64,000 nt of DNA from Nitrosopumilus sp. (GCA_965205675.1 OZ242186.1:1-64000); one strand, 5' to 3'; counted from the first letter of the stretch, positions 1 through 10,285 are shown. Notes: generated by a model not told the origin, from the sequence alone. A program made the numbers and translations.

Positions 1-344
1 GGAGAGGCCATCTGATGCGTATTATGCCAAAAAGATAACAAACGAGATACTCATAGACCACGAAATACTGTGAAGGAATCACTGTTGAAGATGCCACGGA
101 ATAATTTATGAGAAGAACAGAAAATCTGAAAGGTTTCTATCGTTAAATAATTTTACAACTCCAAATCTTTGAGATAAATTTCCTTTTCAAATGCACTTTG
201 AATCATAAATGGAAAACAATTTAATCAATTAAAGATTAAATGGAATTTTTGTATCATTTGTAATACCAATTTGGTATTTCAAAGATTAAAATCTCAAAAA
301 CCAAGCTAGTTTGAAATACAAGCAAATAAAGAAAAGTAGACGGA

Positions 345-1103
345 TTGAAAACAATTTTTGTATCAGGCACAGCAGGTTCAGGAAAATCATTGTTATCATC
401 AAAGCTTCATGAATATTACACAAAGAATAATGCATTTACTGCCATACTAAATTTGGATCCAGGTGTAGAAAATTTAGCATATACTTGTGATATTGATGTT
501 AGAGATTATGTAGATTATGTATCAATAATGCAACAATATGATTTAGGTCCAAATGGTGCCATGGTAATGGCAAATGATTTGATTGCATCAAAGATTGATG
601 AGATTCAAAATGATGTTAATAAAGTAAATCCAGATTATCTAATTGTAGATACACCTGGTCAAATTGAATTATTTGCATATAGGTCTAGTGGACGTTTTAT
701 TATAGAAAATCTCACATCAGAAGAGAAAAGCAGTATATTTCTTTTTGATGGTGCATTAATTAATACTCCAGTAAATTTTGTTTCAATTGCATTACTTGCT
801 ACATCAATAAGATTACGTTTGAATCTACCAACAATTAATGTTTTAACTAAAACAGATCTTATTGGTGATAAATTAAAAGATATTTTACAATGGTCTACAA
901 ATTTGAAGACTTTGGAAAATGCTATTGCTAATGATACAGATGGTGATACATACACCTTAACTACAAATATTTTACGAGGATTAAATTTGGGCGGATTTGC
1001 ACAAGGATTAATTCCAATATCAAATGTAACTGGGGATGGTCTTGTAAATCTCGAAGGAGCTTTAAGCAGAATTCTTAACTTGGGCGAAGAGGTAGAAGAT
1101 TAG
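345..1103 (+). CDS. GPN-loop GTPase
   Basis: P-loop GTAGSGKS, NLDPG, LGPNG (GPN) motif, DTPGQIELF. Confidence 0.92.
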   Translation: MKTIFVSGTAGSGKSLLSSKLHEYYTKNNAFTAILNLDPGVENLAYTCDIDVRDYVDYVSIMQQYDLGPNGAMVMANDLIASKIDEIQNDVNKVNPDYLIVDTPGQIELFAYRSSGRFIIENLTSEEKSSIFLFDGALINTPVNFVSIALLATSIRLRLNLPTINVLTKTDLIGDKLKDILQWSTNLKTLENAIANDTDGDTYTLTTNILRGLNLGGFAQGLIPISNVTGDGLVNLEGALSRILNLGEEVED

Positions 1104-2024
1104 ATGGTATCAAAAGTTACAATCAAGGCATCTTCTTCAACTGCAAATTTAGGTCCAGGTTTTGATGTATTTGGATTAGCAATAGATGCTTTTTATGATA
1201 CAGTTACACTAACCAAAACAAAAAATAGAATCAAAATAGTTACAGATGACAATATTCCCACAAATCCTGAAAAAAATACCGCAGGTCTAGTTGTAAAAAA
1301 TATGAAGAAAAAATTCAAAATAAAGGATGGTATTCAAATTAAAATTAAAAAAGGAATTCCAGCAGGATTCGGAATGGGAAGTAGTGCCGCCTCAGCTGCT
1401 GCAACTGCAGTTGCATTTGATAAGCTATTTGGATTAAAATTGACTGGGAATTCTTTAGTAGAATTTGCAGGTTCTGGTGAAAAGGCAAGTGCAGGAACAA
1501 TTCACTATGATAATGTTGCAGCTTCTGTTTTAGGAGGTTTTGTAATTGTAAGAACAGATCCTCTAGACGTAATTAGAATTGATCCTCCAACTAATCTTAG
1601 AATGTGTGTAGCTGTGCCAACAATTAATGTTCCAAAGAGAAAAACAAAAGTATCAAGAAGCATTATTCCTAAAAAAATCAAATTAACAGATAGTATTTTG
1701 AATTTATCAAACGCTGCAGGGATTGTAGCAGGATTTATGAAAAAAGATTCTGAGATTATTGGAAATTCAATCAAGGATGTAGTTGTTGAACCTGCAAGAC
1801 AACATATGATTCCTGGATTTACAAAAGTAAAAGAAAATGCCATTAAAGCAGGAGCATTAGGTGTCACTATTAGTGGTGCAGGGCCTTCAGTTATTGCTTT
1901 TGCAAAAAGATCCTCTGATTTAAAAAAAATTAATTTGGCCATGGTAAGAGGGTTCGCATCTGCAAATACAAAATGTCAAACTATAATATGTAAACCAAGT
2001 AAAGGTGCACATCTAACAAAATAA
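1104..2024 (+). CDS. thrB: Homoserine kinase
   Basis: STANLGPGFD, GHMP motif IPAGFGMGSSAA, HYDNV, SGAGPS. Confidence 0.95.
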   Translation: MVSKVTIKASSSTANLGPGFDVFGLAIDAFYDTVTLTKTKNRIKIVTDDNIPTNPEKNTAGLVVKNMKKKFKIKDGIQIKIKKGIPAGFGMGSSAASAAATAVAFDKLFGLKLTGNSLVEFAGSGEKASAGTIHYDNVAASVLGGFVIVRTDPLDVIRIDPPTNLRMCVAVPTINVPKRKTKVSRSIIPKKIKLTDSILNLSNAAGIVAGFMKKDSEIIGNSIKDVVVEPARQHMIPGFTKVKENAIKAGALGVTISGAGPSVIAFAKRSSDLKKINLAMVRGFASANTKCQTIICKPSKGAHLTK

Positions 2025-2040
2025 AATAGTTGTATAAGTT

Positions 2041-2715
2041 ATGAAAAAAGCAATAATTGTTTTTAGTGGAGGAATAGATTCTGTTTGTGCTGCATCATAT
2101 TTGAAATCAAAATATGAGTTGTATGGCATCACATTCTCATATGGACAAAAAGCAACTAGTGAAATTGTTGCTGCAAAATCTTTTGCAAAAAAATTAGGAT
2201 TAAAACAACATAAAATAATTGATATCGGATTTATGAAAGACTTGTATGGAAATTCTAATGTTTTAACAAGCTCAAAAAGAAAGATTCCCAGTAAATTTGA
2301 ATATTCAATTGTGGCACCCATTAGAAATGCAGTTTTTCTATCGATTTCCTCAGCATGGGCTTTTACGCTTAATGCATCTCTAGTAGTATATGGAGCTCAT
2401 ACTGGAGACAAACATTATCCTGATTGTAGACCAAATTTTGCAAAAAAGCTAGAGACTGCATTTAATCAAGGTGAGATAGATGGGATAAAATTAAAACTGC
2501 GAAAGAATATTGAGATTTGGTCACCATATCGTATGGGGTTATCAAAAAGTCATTTGTTAAAATCAGGTATGAAAGTTTTAGGAAATTCTATATTCAAAAC
2601 ATGGAGTTGTTATTCAAACAAAAAATATCATTGTGGTGTTTGTGAATCATGTAATAATAGAAAAACTGCATTTAAAAAAGCTGAAATTATAGATAAAACA
2701 AAATATGTAAAATAG
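2041..2715 (+). CDS. queC: 7-cyano-7-deazaguanine synthase
   Basis: SGGIDS PP-loop, YGQ, YPDCR, TWSCY..CGVCESC. Confidence 0.95.
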   Translation: MKKAIIVFSGGIDSVCAASYLKSKYELYGITFSYGQKATSEIVAAKSFAKKLGLKQHKIIDIGFMKDLYGNSNVLTSSKRKIPSKFEYSIVAPIRNAVFLSISSAWAFTLNASLVVYGAHTGDKHYPDCRPNFAKKLETAFNQGEIDGIKLKLRKNIEIWSPYRMGLSKSHLLKSGMKVLGNSIFKTWSCYSNKKYHCGVCESCNNRKTAFKKAEIIDKTKYVK

Positions 2716-2717
2716 TT

Positions 2718-2987
2718 TTAATAGCTATTTTTAAGAATTTTCTTTTTTAGAATAATACCTCTAATGCCAATATACCAAACTAAAAAGAATATACCAACAA
2801 TTCCCATAAACACATAGTTCTGTACTTCTGGAAGTTCACTAATACTTTCAATGGAATCAGTAATTTGACTTGAAGTTAGCATAGAAACTGCAATTACAAC
2901 TATACATTCAATTGCATACCATGTCCAGTTTGGCCATGATTCTTTTGGAACGTGAATGTGTGGATTTGCTCCCATGTTTGGGATCAA
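2718..2987 (-). CDS. Small membrane protein (2 TM)
   Basis: Two hydrophobic segments; tightly packed between queC and folE. Confidence 0.65.
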   Translation of the reverse strand: MIPNMGANPHIHVPKESWPNWTWYAIECIVVIAVSMLTSSQITDSIESISELPEVQNYVFMGIVGIFFLVWYIGIRGIILKKKILKNSY

Positions 2988-3018
2988 AAATATTGATTAT
3001 TTAATTTTTCAGTATTAT

Positions 3019-3576
3019 TTACAGTGACAAATCTGAGCTACGGTTTCTAATTAGTGACATTATGCCTGCTTTGTCTTCTTTATTTTCGTAAATTCCTCTA
3101 AATGCTGATGAGGAAAGCGTTGCATCATTTTTGACACCACGCATCTTCATGCAAAGATGTTCAGCATCAGCTAAAACGACAACTCCTTTTACCCCCTGAG
3201 AGTATAATTCATCAGCAATATTTTTGGTAAGTCGCTCCTGAATTTGAAGTCTTTTTGAATATTTTTCTACCAATCTTACAAGTTTTGAAATTCCAAAAAC
3301 TCTACCATTTGGTGAGTAAGCAATGTGGATTTTTCCAAAAAATGGTAACATATGATGTTCACACATAGAATAGAATTGAATATCATGTGCAACTACTACA
3401 TCAGAATCTTCTGAGAATTGAACCGATAATTCTGAATCAGAATCATATCCGCTAAAGATTTCCTTGTACATATTTGAAATTCTTTCAGGAGTTTCACGTA
3501 ATCCTTCACGTGTAGGATCCTCTCCAATCTCAATAATCAATTCTCTAACGAGTTTTTTTACACGTTCTCGATCCAT
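3019..3576 (-). CDS. folE: GTP cyclohydrolase I (FolE type)
   Basis: REGLRETPER, SMCEHHMLPFFG, RLQIQERLT, HLCMKMRG. Confidence 0.96.
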   Translation of the reverse strand: MDRERVKKLVRELIIEIGEDPTREGLRETPERISNMYKEIFSGYDSDSELSVQFSEDSDVVVAHDIQFYSMCEHHMLPFFGKIHIAYSPNGRVFGISKLVRLVEKYSKRLQIQERLTKNIADELYSQGVKGVVVLADAEHLCMKMRGVKNDATLSSSAFRGIYENKEDKAGIMSLIRNRSSDLSL

Positions 3577-3640
3577 TTTATATTCTAACAGAATTTTTCT
3601 AGTATTTGAACCTAATCAGATTTTTATGCAGGTGCTAATG

Positions 3641-4354
3641 TTATGGAGCACCAATGAATTTATGCAATTGAGGAACTACTTTGACATGGACATAATGTGG
3701 ATATACTAAATCATATAATTCCAATAAAAGATCTAAGGAGGGTTCTGAAATTCCATAAGTGGGTTGAATGATAAATCCATCAATATTATCTTTAGATATT
3801 TTATCAAAAATTTCTTTTACTAGTCTTGTAAATTCATTTGGTTGAGTCTTTGAACTAATTACAATTTTGATGTATGTTGTTTTTTTTGATTTTATAGATG
3901 ATTGGAGACATTTCATTGTATGGTCAATTAATCTTTCATAGTGTTTTGTATCAACAAAATTAGAATCTTTTGTTTTAAATTCAATTTTAACAATATCAAT
4001 GAATGGTAAAACATGATTAAATCTACCAATATCAAAACACGATGATTCAAGATATGTTGGTATTTTTTTATCTTGGATATGTTTTGCAAGTAACGCTACA
4101 GCTTCATGTTGAATTAGAGGATCACCTCCAGTGAAATTAACTTTGTAAGTTTGATGTTTTAAGTTAGAATCAATGAGATGGTTAGCATCTTCAATAGAAT
4201 ATTCTGTTCCAGAATTCAGAGGTAGAGATTCTTTTGTATCGCAATAAAAACAAGTAAAAGGACATCCTGCTAGTCTAACAAAAAGAGTCTTTGTCCCATA
4301 GAGAATTCCTTCGCCTTCAACTGATGTAAATATTTCAAATAGTCTTACTTTCAA
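3641..4354 (-). CDS. queE: 7-carboxy-7-deazaguanine synthase (radical SAM)
   Basis: EIFTSVEGEG, CPFTCFYCDT, TGGDP, C-terminal PQLHK. Confidence 0.93.
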   Translation of the reverse strand: MKVRLFEIFTSVEGEGILYGTKTLFVRLAGCPFTCFYCDTKESLPLNSGTEYSIEDANHLIDSNLKHQTYKVNFTGGDPLIQHEAVALLAKHIQDKKIPTYLESSCFDIGRFNHVLPFIDIVKIEFKTKDSNFVDTKHYERLIDHTMKCLQSSIKSKKTTYIKIVISSKTQPNEFTRLVKEIFDKISKDNIDGFIIQPTYGISEPSLDLLLELYDLVYPHYVHVKVVPQLHKFIGAP

Positions 4355-4395
4355 GTAATAATAGTAATTTTTTTCATTATTTATTCAGTGAGTTT

Positions 4396-4596
4396 CTAAT
4401 GCATTATTGGTTCTTTTGTATAGAATAACCCCGAGATGAAAAATATCACTCCCAGAATTCCAATTGTACTTCCTACAAGCTCAATTTGGTTTTGAAGATC
4501 CACTTCAACAGGAGCCCACAACCATGCCATCAAAGCACCTACGATAATCATTGGTATTCCAACACCAACAGTAATTGTTTTAGATGCCATGATCAA
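4396..4596 (-). CDS. Small membrane protein
   Basis: Two hydrophobic helices in 66 aa. Confidence 0.6.
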   Translation of the reverse strand: MIMASKTITVGVGIPMIIVGALMAWLWAPVEVDLQNQIELVGSTIGILGVIFFISGLFYTKEPIMH

Positions 4597-4630
4597 ATTC
4601 TTTAGAAAATGTATATGAAGCTTATGATGT

Positions 4631-5446
4631 TTAACTTAAAGATTCTTCGATGATTTTTACTAGTTTAATCAATTTTGTAAATTTTTTCTTTACATCAAAA
4701 ATGTTGTCTTCAGATATTAAAATTTCAATTTCTTGAACCAGAGAATTTGCTTCTTCAAGTTCGAGTATATCAGAATCTGCAGATTCAGCTTTATCTAATG
4801 TAATTTTAATTTTCTCTAATTGTTTTAAAGCAAAATTCTTGTTTCTATCAGATATTAAATGAGAGTCATGTTCATGAATATTTTGTTTGACTGCTTCAAT
4901 AAGTAATTCTAATTGTTCGATTGTCTCAACAGCTAACTCAAGTTCATCAGAGTTTATCTGTTCATGTGTTTGGATAAACAATTGTTCGATATCAGATAAA
5001 TCAATTCTTGTATCATGTTTTTCAGATATTGTTTTTATGTTCTGGAAATATTTCTGTAATCTGTTTAATTCACTTCTAAGATCTCTATCATCCACATCCT
5101 TTGGAGTGTTGTTTATTTCTGATGTAGATGCGGAAAGCATTCTTGTAATTTGTTTAAAGGCTTTCATTGCTACAAGGAAGTTTTCTTTTGCTTCTGCTAC
5201 ATCATTAGGTAAGGAGTCTTCTAATGTTTGTACTGCATTTTCACCATTTTGATATAAAGTTTGAATATCAAAAGGGATAGAATTGCCATAAATTCTGTCT
5301 AATTGATTGACAATTTGTTTATCAGCTTGTGTAGCAATTCGTAACAAAATGTATGGATCGTTTTGAGCATATGCAATACCAACTAATGAAGTTGATGCAG
5401 TTCCAAAAATTAAGGCAAATATCATAAATAGCGCTAATGATTTCAT
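4631..5446 (-). CDS. Exported helical protein of unknown function
   Basis: Signal peptide ending AYA-Q; acidic helical body; overlaps the upstream gene by 4 nt. Confidence 0.75.
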   Translation of the reverse strand: MKSLALFMIFALIFGTASTSLVGIAYAQNDPYILLRIATQADKQIVNQLDRIYGNSIPFDIQTLYQNGENAVQTLEDSLPNDVAEAKENFLVAMKAFKQITRMLSASTSEINNTPKDVDDRDLRSELNRLQKYFQNIKTISEKHDTRIDLSDIEQLFIQTHEQINSDELELAVETIEQLELLIEAVKQNIHEHDSHLISDRNKNFALKQLEKIKITLDKAESADSDILELEEANSLVQEIEILISEDNIFDVKKKFTKLIKLVKIIEESLS

Positions 5447-6471
5447 TCTTCCTCTATATCCTTACGTAATTTTACCAAGTTTTGCATATCTTTCTTTTCA
5501 ATTTCAATTATACCATAACGTTCTAGTCTCTTAACTGCACGCCACATAGTAGTTCTTGGTTGTAGGAATTTCTTTCGCAAATCACTTTCAAATGCTTCTC
5601 CTCCATTATCAGAGATAAACTTCACTATCTCTTTATCATCTTCACGAATGTTTGGTCTTAGTTTGAAGATTGTATCAGTATCTATTATTTCAGGGTTTGA
5701 AGTGGTTTGAATTACTTGTTTTTCTGCGATAGATTTTTTATTTTGTTTTCTTTTAGCAATTGCCGTAATTCCAATTGCACCAGCTATGCCAACTCCAACA
5801 ATTACAACATAGAATAGATAGTTTGGATCAGTCGTGATTGGTGGAGTAATTGAATCAATAATATCTGATGAATCTGGTGTTGTGCTGAAAAGATAATCGA
5901 TTTCGGTATTACCACCAGATAATGTTAATTGGTTTTGATCGTTTATTATTTCCATATTAATTGGAATATTTGTCATAGTAATGATTGCAGAATTTTTTGG
6001 AAAAAGTAATGTAAAATCAAAAGGGGCATTTAAAGAAAATGTCCAGATTCTGCCTTGTTTAGACACTAAATCATGAATATCATATTCTACAGAGATAATA
6101 GATGAGCCAAAAGTTTCAATCAATGCTAAGTTACCAATAGCGTCAGATTCTAGTAAGAATCCATCTTCGCCTACAGCTACAAAATTATCAATTGTACTAC
6201 CAAATAGTTCTAATTCATAATCAATAGTTAATGGATCCAGATCAATTTCTGTAGAAACGTGAGTTGTTCCATCTGGATATATGATTAGATCTAAGACTCT
6301 GGGAGAACTGAACGAGGGCTGAATTGGTATTATCGTCGCTACAATTATTACACTTGCTACCAAAAGAGGTACTTTGATCATCGTATCGAGAATACCATCA
6401 GTCCTTACAAAAAGCATTCCACTCTCTCGAAGAGACTCTTTCCTGTGAATTGGTACGATTTCTGGATTCAT
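5443..6471 (-). CDS. Membrane-anchored winged-helix (MarR-like) regulator with extracellular domain
   Basis: Hydrophobic N-terminal segment, beta-rich acidic domain, TM helix (YLFYVVIVGVGIAGAIGITAIA), C-terminal wHTH (PRTTMWRAVKRLERYGII); start uncertain. Confidence 0.8.
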   Translation of the reverse strand: MNPEIVPIHRKESLRESGMLFVRTDGILDTMIKVPLLVASVIIVATIIPIQPSFSSPRVLDLIIYPDGTTHVSTEIDLDPLTIDYELELFGSTIDNFVAVGEDGFLLESDAIGNLALIETFGSSIISVEYDIHDLVSKQGRIWTFSLNAPFDFTLLFPKNSAIITMTNIPINMEIINDQNQLTLSGGNTEIDYLFSTTPDSSDIIDSITPPITTDPNYLFYVVIVGVGIAGAIGITAIAKRKQNKKSIAEKQVIQTTSNPEIIDTDTIFKLRPNIREDDKEIVKFISDNGGEAFESDLRKKFLQPRTTMWRAVKRLERYGIIEIEKKDMQNLVKLRKDIEEE

Positions 6472-6475
6472 ATAC

Positions 6476-6763
6476 TCAATACCTTAGATTCATGCTTTCG
6501 ACTAATCCCTGAAACTTTTTAAATTCTTGGAAAAAATGAAGTCCTTTTTCAGTTATCAAAAAGACTCTATTTCTGTCATTTTTGACGGATTCGACTAGGC
6601 CAGCTTCTACCAACTTCTTACATTTGTCTAGTACTGCATAGTGAGACAGGTTAGCTTTGCGAGAGATTGCAGATACAATGACTCCACCACGACCACCATC
6701 AGCTGTTACGTCTAAAATATCACTCATTATACCCATTTCTGACCTGTATTGTTGTTTTGGCAT
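6476..6763 (-). CDS. Winged helix-turn-helix transcriptional regulator
   Basis: AISRKANLS..KLVEAGLV..ITEKG pattern. Confidence 0.85.
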   Translation of the reverse strand: MPKQQYRSEMGIMSDILDVTADGGRGGVIVSAISRKANLSHYAVLDKCKKLVEAGLVESVKNDRNRVFLITEKGLHFFQEFKKFQGLVESMNLRY

Positions 6764-7067
6764 GTCCTAGTATACAACAATGTAGTTTATGAGGAACATT
6801 TTGAAACCTTATAGCGGAATGCAGAGCGGAACAGGCGTTTCATGCAAAAAAATCTCCAATTTTTAATGATTTTGAAAATAAAAGAAAAATTTATGCGTGG
6901 AAATTAATCCGAACAAATGTATTTTTCAAAAAAATCCCCTTTTGAGATATTTTAATGAAGTTGAACAGATTTTTCCCAAAATTTGACTAGTTTTGCTAAA
7001 AATTCATATATAAAAAAACAGATAATTCCTCGTCGTTCCTAATCTACCATTTAAGCAGATCTTAGTA

Positions 7068-7540
7068 TTGGTAAAAACGTAGATTCGTGTTATTGGAATT
7101 AGTCATATACTCCTGATGCTTGATGTTTCATTCCTCCCTGTAACCTACTCATTTGCAGAAAATGAAGAGAATCAAGAGCTTGGAGGAATTGTTACAGAAA
7201 AAATTGTGGATGGAAAGCTAATAGTTCGTCACTATGTTTTCCTTGAGGAATTTTCAGAGACGAATTTGAAGAGAATCCTATAGTTTGATGGAAAACATCA
7301 AAAAATAGTTAAAATCGATGGAAGATCTCAATAGAAGAGAATGACTTGGGTGAAAATCTAATCTGCAAAATCATATTTTCTGGGAAAATTATAGAAACAG
7401 ATAAAGAAAATGTGTTTGGTCTCATTTGTGAATTCTATGATCAAAAATCTGGAAATAGCTCAGAATATCAGGCTATTACAGATTTGGGGAAATTATCATG
7501 AATTCAGAAAAATTTGTTTGCTCTAATCAAGAATTCAACA
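7068..7540 (+). pseudogene. Decayed exported-protein gene
   Basis: Signal-like segment (..VSFLPVTYSFAENEE) and GGIVTEKIVDGKLIVRHY, then stops and frameshifts; limits approximate. Confidence 0.35.
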
Positions 7541-7651
7541 TTTAGGTCATATTTTCACCATTTCTTCTTTGATTGACTAAAAATCATTCATAAGGTCAGC
7601 TTTGAGATGTAATGTAACTTTTTATTCCCATTTTGAAAAGTAAATCATAAA

Positions 7652-8125
7652 ATGTTTGATAAATTCAAAAATAAAGAAGAAGGTGGAGAGATGGTAGAAG
7701 AAGGAAGCACAGATGTTGAAGAATCTGTAGAATCTAGCTCAGTATCTGAGTCAACCAGCCAAATTGGAATTGGGGAATTAATGGGAAAACGTGCAAAACT
7801 GGAAGAAGCAATAGATTACGTTGGTTTAATGATTAAGAATCTCAAAGACAAGAGAACATTACTTGAAAAAGATATTGAAGAAGAGTCAGTGGATATTAAA
7901 AATCTCAAAGAAAAATTACAAAAAGTTAATGAATACATAGAAGAAGAAAATAGAGGAATAGAAGAGCTTGCAAATAAGAGAAAACAAGTAGAAAATCAAG
8001 CAGATGAAGTAGGCTCTATTATCAATACATTAAGAGAAAGACTCTCTGGTGTTGATAGAGTAATTGATGATGAAGGTAACAGAGTTAGAAAAATTAAAGA
8101 ATCCAGAGATTCTGTAAGTGAATAA
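7652..8125 (+). CDS. Acidic coiled-coil protein
   Basis: E/K-rich heptad pattern over about 110 aa. Confidence 0.75.
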   Translation: MFDKFKNKEEGGEMVEEGSTDVEESVESSSVSESTSQIGIGELMGKRAKLEEAIDYVGLMIKNLKDKRTLLEKDIEEESVDIKNLKEKLQKVNEYIEEENRGIEELANKRKQVENQADEVGSIINTLRERLSGVDRVIDDEGNRVRKIKESRDSVSE

Positions 8126-8137
8126 AAAAATTTTGAA

Positions 8138-8785
8138 TTATATGAATTTGTTTGTAGAAGCTTCTTCTTGTGTGTCAGTAGGTACTGAGGGGAACATTTG
8201 TCCTGCAGAACTTTCTGCAACTGCTGCTGCTTCCTTTAGAATACTTTCAGATTCAGGACTCATTGTTTCATCTGTACCAAATGCTGCATCACCTGAGAAA
8301 CTTTCAGTCATAAATCCACCAAGCATTTCAGACATTTGACCAATTTCTTGTTCTGCTCCTGGCATTATTTTTCCAAGTGATGATTTGAGATTCTTCATTA
8401 ATCCCATTGTTGGCATAATTGCTACTACAGTATCTCCAAGATCACTGCATGTAGTTAATCTTAATTCAATTTGTTCTAGTGCAATTCTTGCACTACCCAA
8501 AATTTTTGTAACTTTTCTTACTTCAGCTAGTTCATTTCCAAGAACTTTGGTGGTTTGAGTGTCATGTTTTTGTGTTGCATTAACAATTCTTTGAAATAAT
8601 TTTGCATCACGCTCTTGTAAGCTTGAAAGCATTGTATCTAATTTTGTAATCTGTAATCGTAATTTCTTAATTCCTTCCTGAACTCGTGGTTTTAAGGCAC
8701 CTTTTGGCTTTATTGTGTCACTAATTTTTTCAGTAATACCAGGTTGTGATTGTTTTGACCATTTGTTAGATAGACCACTAGGCAT
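8138..8785 (-). CDS. ESCRT-III / Snf7 family protein (CdvB paralogue)
   Basis: ELAEVRKVTK..ALEQIELRL..LGDTVV, ILKEAAAVAE..FP pattern of thaumarchaeal CdvB-like proteins; ATG at 8785 preferred over 8836. Confidence 0.85.
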   Translation of the reverse strand: MPSGLSNKWSKQSQPGITEKISDTIKPKGALKPRVQEGIKKLRLQITKLDTMLSSLQERDAKLFQRIVNATQKHDTQTTKVLGNELAEVRKVTKILGSARIALEQIELRLTTCSDLGDTVVAIMPTMGLMKNLKSSLGKIMPGAEQEIGQMSEMLGGFMTESFSGDAAFGTDETMSPESESILKEAAAVAESSAGQMFPSVPTDTQEEASTNKFI

Positions 8786-8881
8786 GCCTTTGGTTTTAGA
8801 ATATGTACTTAATTTCCAGTGTAAAGAATGATTCACCGGACATTAAAAATAACTAACAAAAATAAAGTATTTTGAATATAG

Positions 8882-9023
8882 TAGACGTCTTGCGTAATTA
8901 TTTCTAGGCGTGAATTTTGCTGCAGGATTTTTCAAATTGGTTGAAAAATTTGAATTTTCAGGTATGAATTCTGTTAAAATACAAAATTTGAGAAAAAATC
9001 TCTATAATTACGCAAGAGGTCTA
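8882..9023. mobile_element. MITE (142 bp) with 20-bp terminal inverted repeats
   Basis: TAGACGTCTTGCGTAATTAT (8882-8901) versus ATAATTACGCAAGAGGTCTA (9004-9023), 19/20 complementary; same end sequence at 63817. Confidence 0.8.
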
Positions 9024-9289
9024 GTTTCTAAATACAATTCATGATTTTGTAATTTAGAATTCTCCAATTCAGATTTTTTATGTTCTTCAAGTTTTTTGAT
9101 TCTTTCTTTATTAATTTGTAGTTCATTCTCTAACAAATCTAAATGAGTTTTACAAGTCTACATCTGTTTCTATTTTAAATAGAAAATTACATCTTTTACA
9201 AAAATACCAATTTCTGCAAATATTGTCATGTAATCCTCATCTGTGGGGTTTGGCACATATCGATTTCTGACAGATAATTTGAAATACAA

Positions 9290-9773
9290 AAACGTGACAC
9301 TCTCAAACCCATATCTTACAAAGGTAATTGCTGCATCAAAGAAAAAAACAGATAAGATTGATGCCTAGATACTGGCAGATCTCTTGCGCGGTGGATGTAT
9401 GCCACATGCTATGTTCCCGACAAAAGGACTGGACAATAAAGACAACTCATAAGATACAGGAAAAAACTAGTTCAATGGAGGACATCTGTCAAGAACTCTG
9501 TTCGTGGAATATTGTTACAAGAAGGGATTAAAATTCCAGGAGTTACGTTTACTGAGACATACAACAGAAGACTCGAAGCGTTAGATGACTAAAATAGATG
9601 GCTTTTTGAGACAGATAAACTATCTTAATCTGCAAATTGCAGGGATTAATTCCAAAGTGTATGCTGCAGTGAAAGTTAATCCTGATGCTCTATTGATAAA
9701 ATCAATTCTAGGAATTGGAGATTATTCTGTACTAGTGATATCATCAGAAATTGCAGGTATTGAGAAATTCAGC
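9290..9773 (+). pseudogene. IS110-family transposase remnant
   Basis: LSNPYLTKVIAASKKKTDKIDA*..LLRGG, KNSVRGILLQEG, SILGIG..SEIAGIEKF with stops and frameshifts. Confidence 0.85.
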
Positions 9774-9807
9774 AAGATTGTAAAATCAAAAGAGATAGAA
9801 GGAGATT

Positions 9808-9905
9808 GTTTGAATCAAACTATTATAGAATTGAAATTTATTTTCTGCTTATCAAGTCGCTGACTTGGTGATCATGTTTGAATCAAATTATTATAAAATT
9901 GAAAT
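9808..9905 (+). CRISPR. Orphan CRISPR relic: two 30-bp repeats and one 38-bp spacer
   Basis: GTTTGAATCAAACTATTATAGAATTGAAAT (9808-9837) and GTTTGAATCAAATTATTATAAAATTGAAAT (9876-9905), 28/30 identical, with GTTT..ATTGAAAN ends; no cas genes in window. Confidence 0.65.
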
Positions 9906-9938
9906 CAATAATTTCTTTTTTATTGTTTTTTGAGATGA

Positions 9939-10211
9939 TTATTTTGATTCTGAGATTTCAGTTGTTATTTTATTTCCTACATCATTGATCTTATTGGATA
10001 CTGAATCAGTTGTTTTCTCTACAATTTTATCAGTTGATGAATCAATTCGTTGTTCTACAAAATCTAAAGCTTTAGAACTAAAATCAGACACATCAATTTT
10101 CAAAGAATCAACTACAGTTCCAGTTGTAGGAAACAGACTGTCAATTTCATTAGAAAATATCATACCACCTAGAATAACAATTCCAACAATTATGCCTAGT
10201 TTTATGAACAT
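9939..10211 (-). pseudogene. Truncated membrane-anchored protein
   Basis: N-terminal TM (MFIKLGIIVGIVILGG); frame continues past the stop (SK*SSQKTIKKEIIDFN) and runs into CRISPR repeat 2. Confidence 0.55.
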
Positions 10212-10285
10212 CAATGAATAATGTAAAAAAATAGATTTTAGATTCAAACTAAAAAAAATAATCAGAAAAGAGTGAATTTTCTTAG

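Noticed and set aside
1-150. Slightly GC-richer start that might be a gene or IS tail
   Set aside because: No recognisable motif or sustained reading frame found
659-2321. Antisense ORFs over the GTPase, thrB and queC (and similar shadow ORFs throughout the window)
   Set aside because: They lie opposite well-supported genes and have no family motifs
9030-9285. Minus-strand protein-like fragment between the MITE and the IS110 remnant
   Set aside because: Broken frames; cannot assign a family
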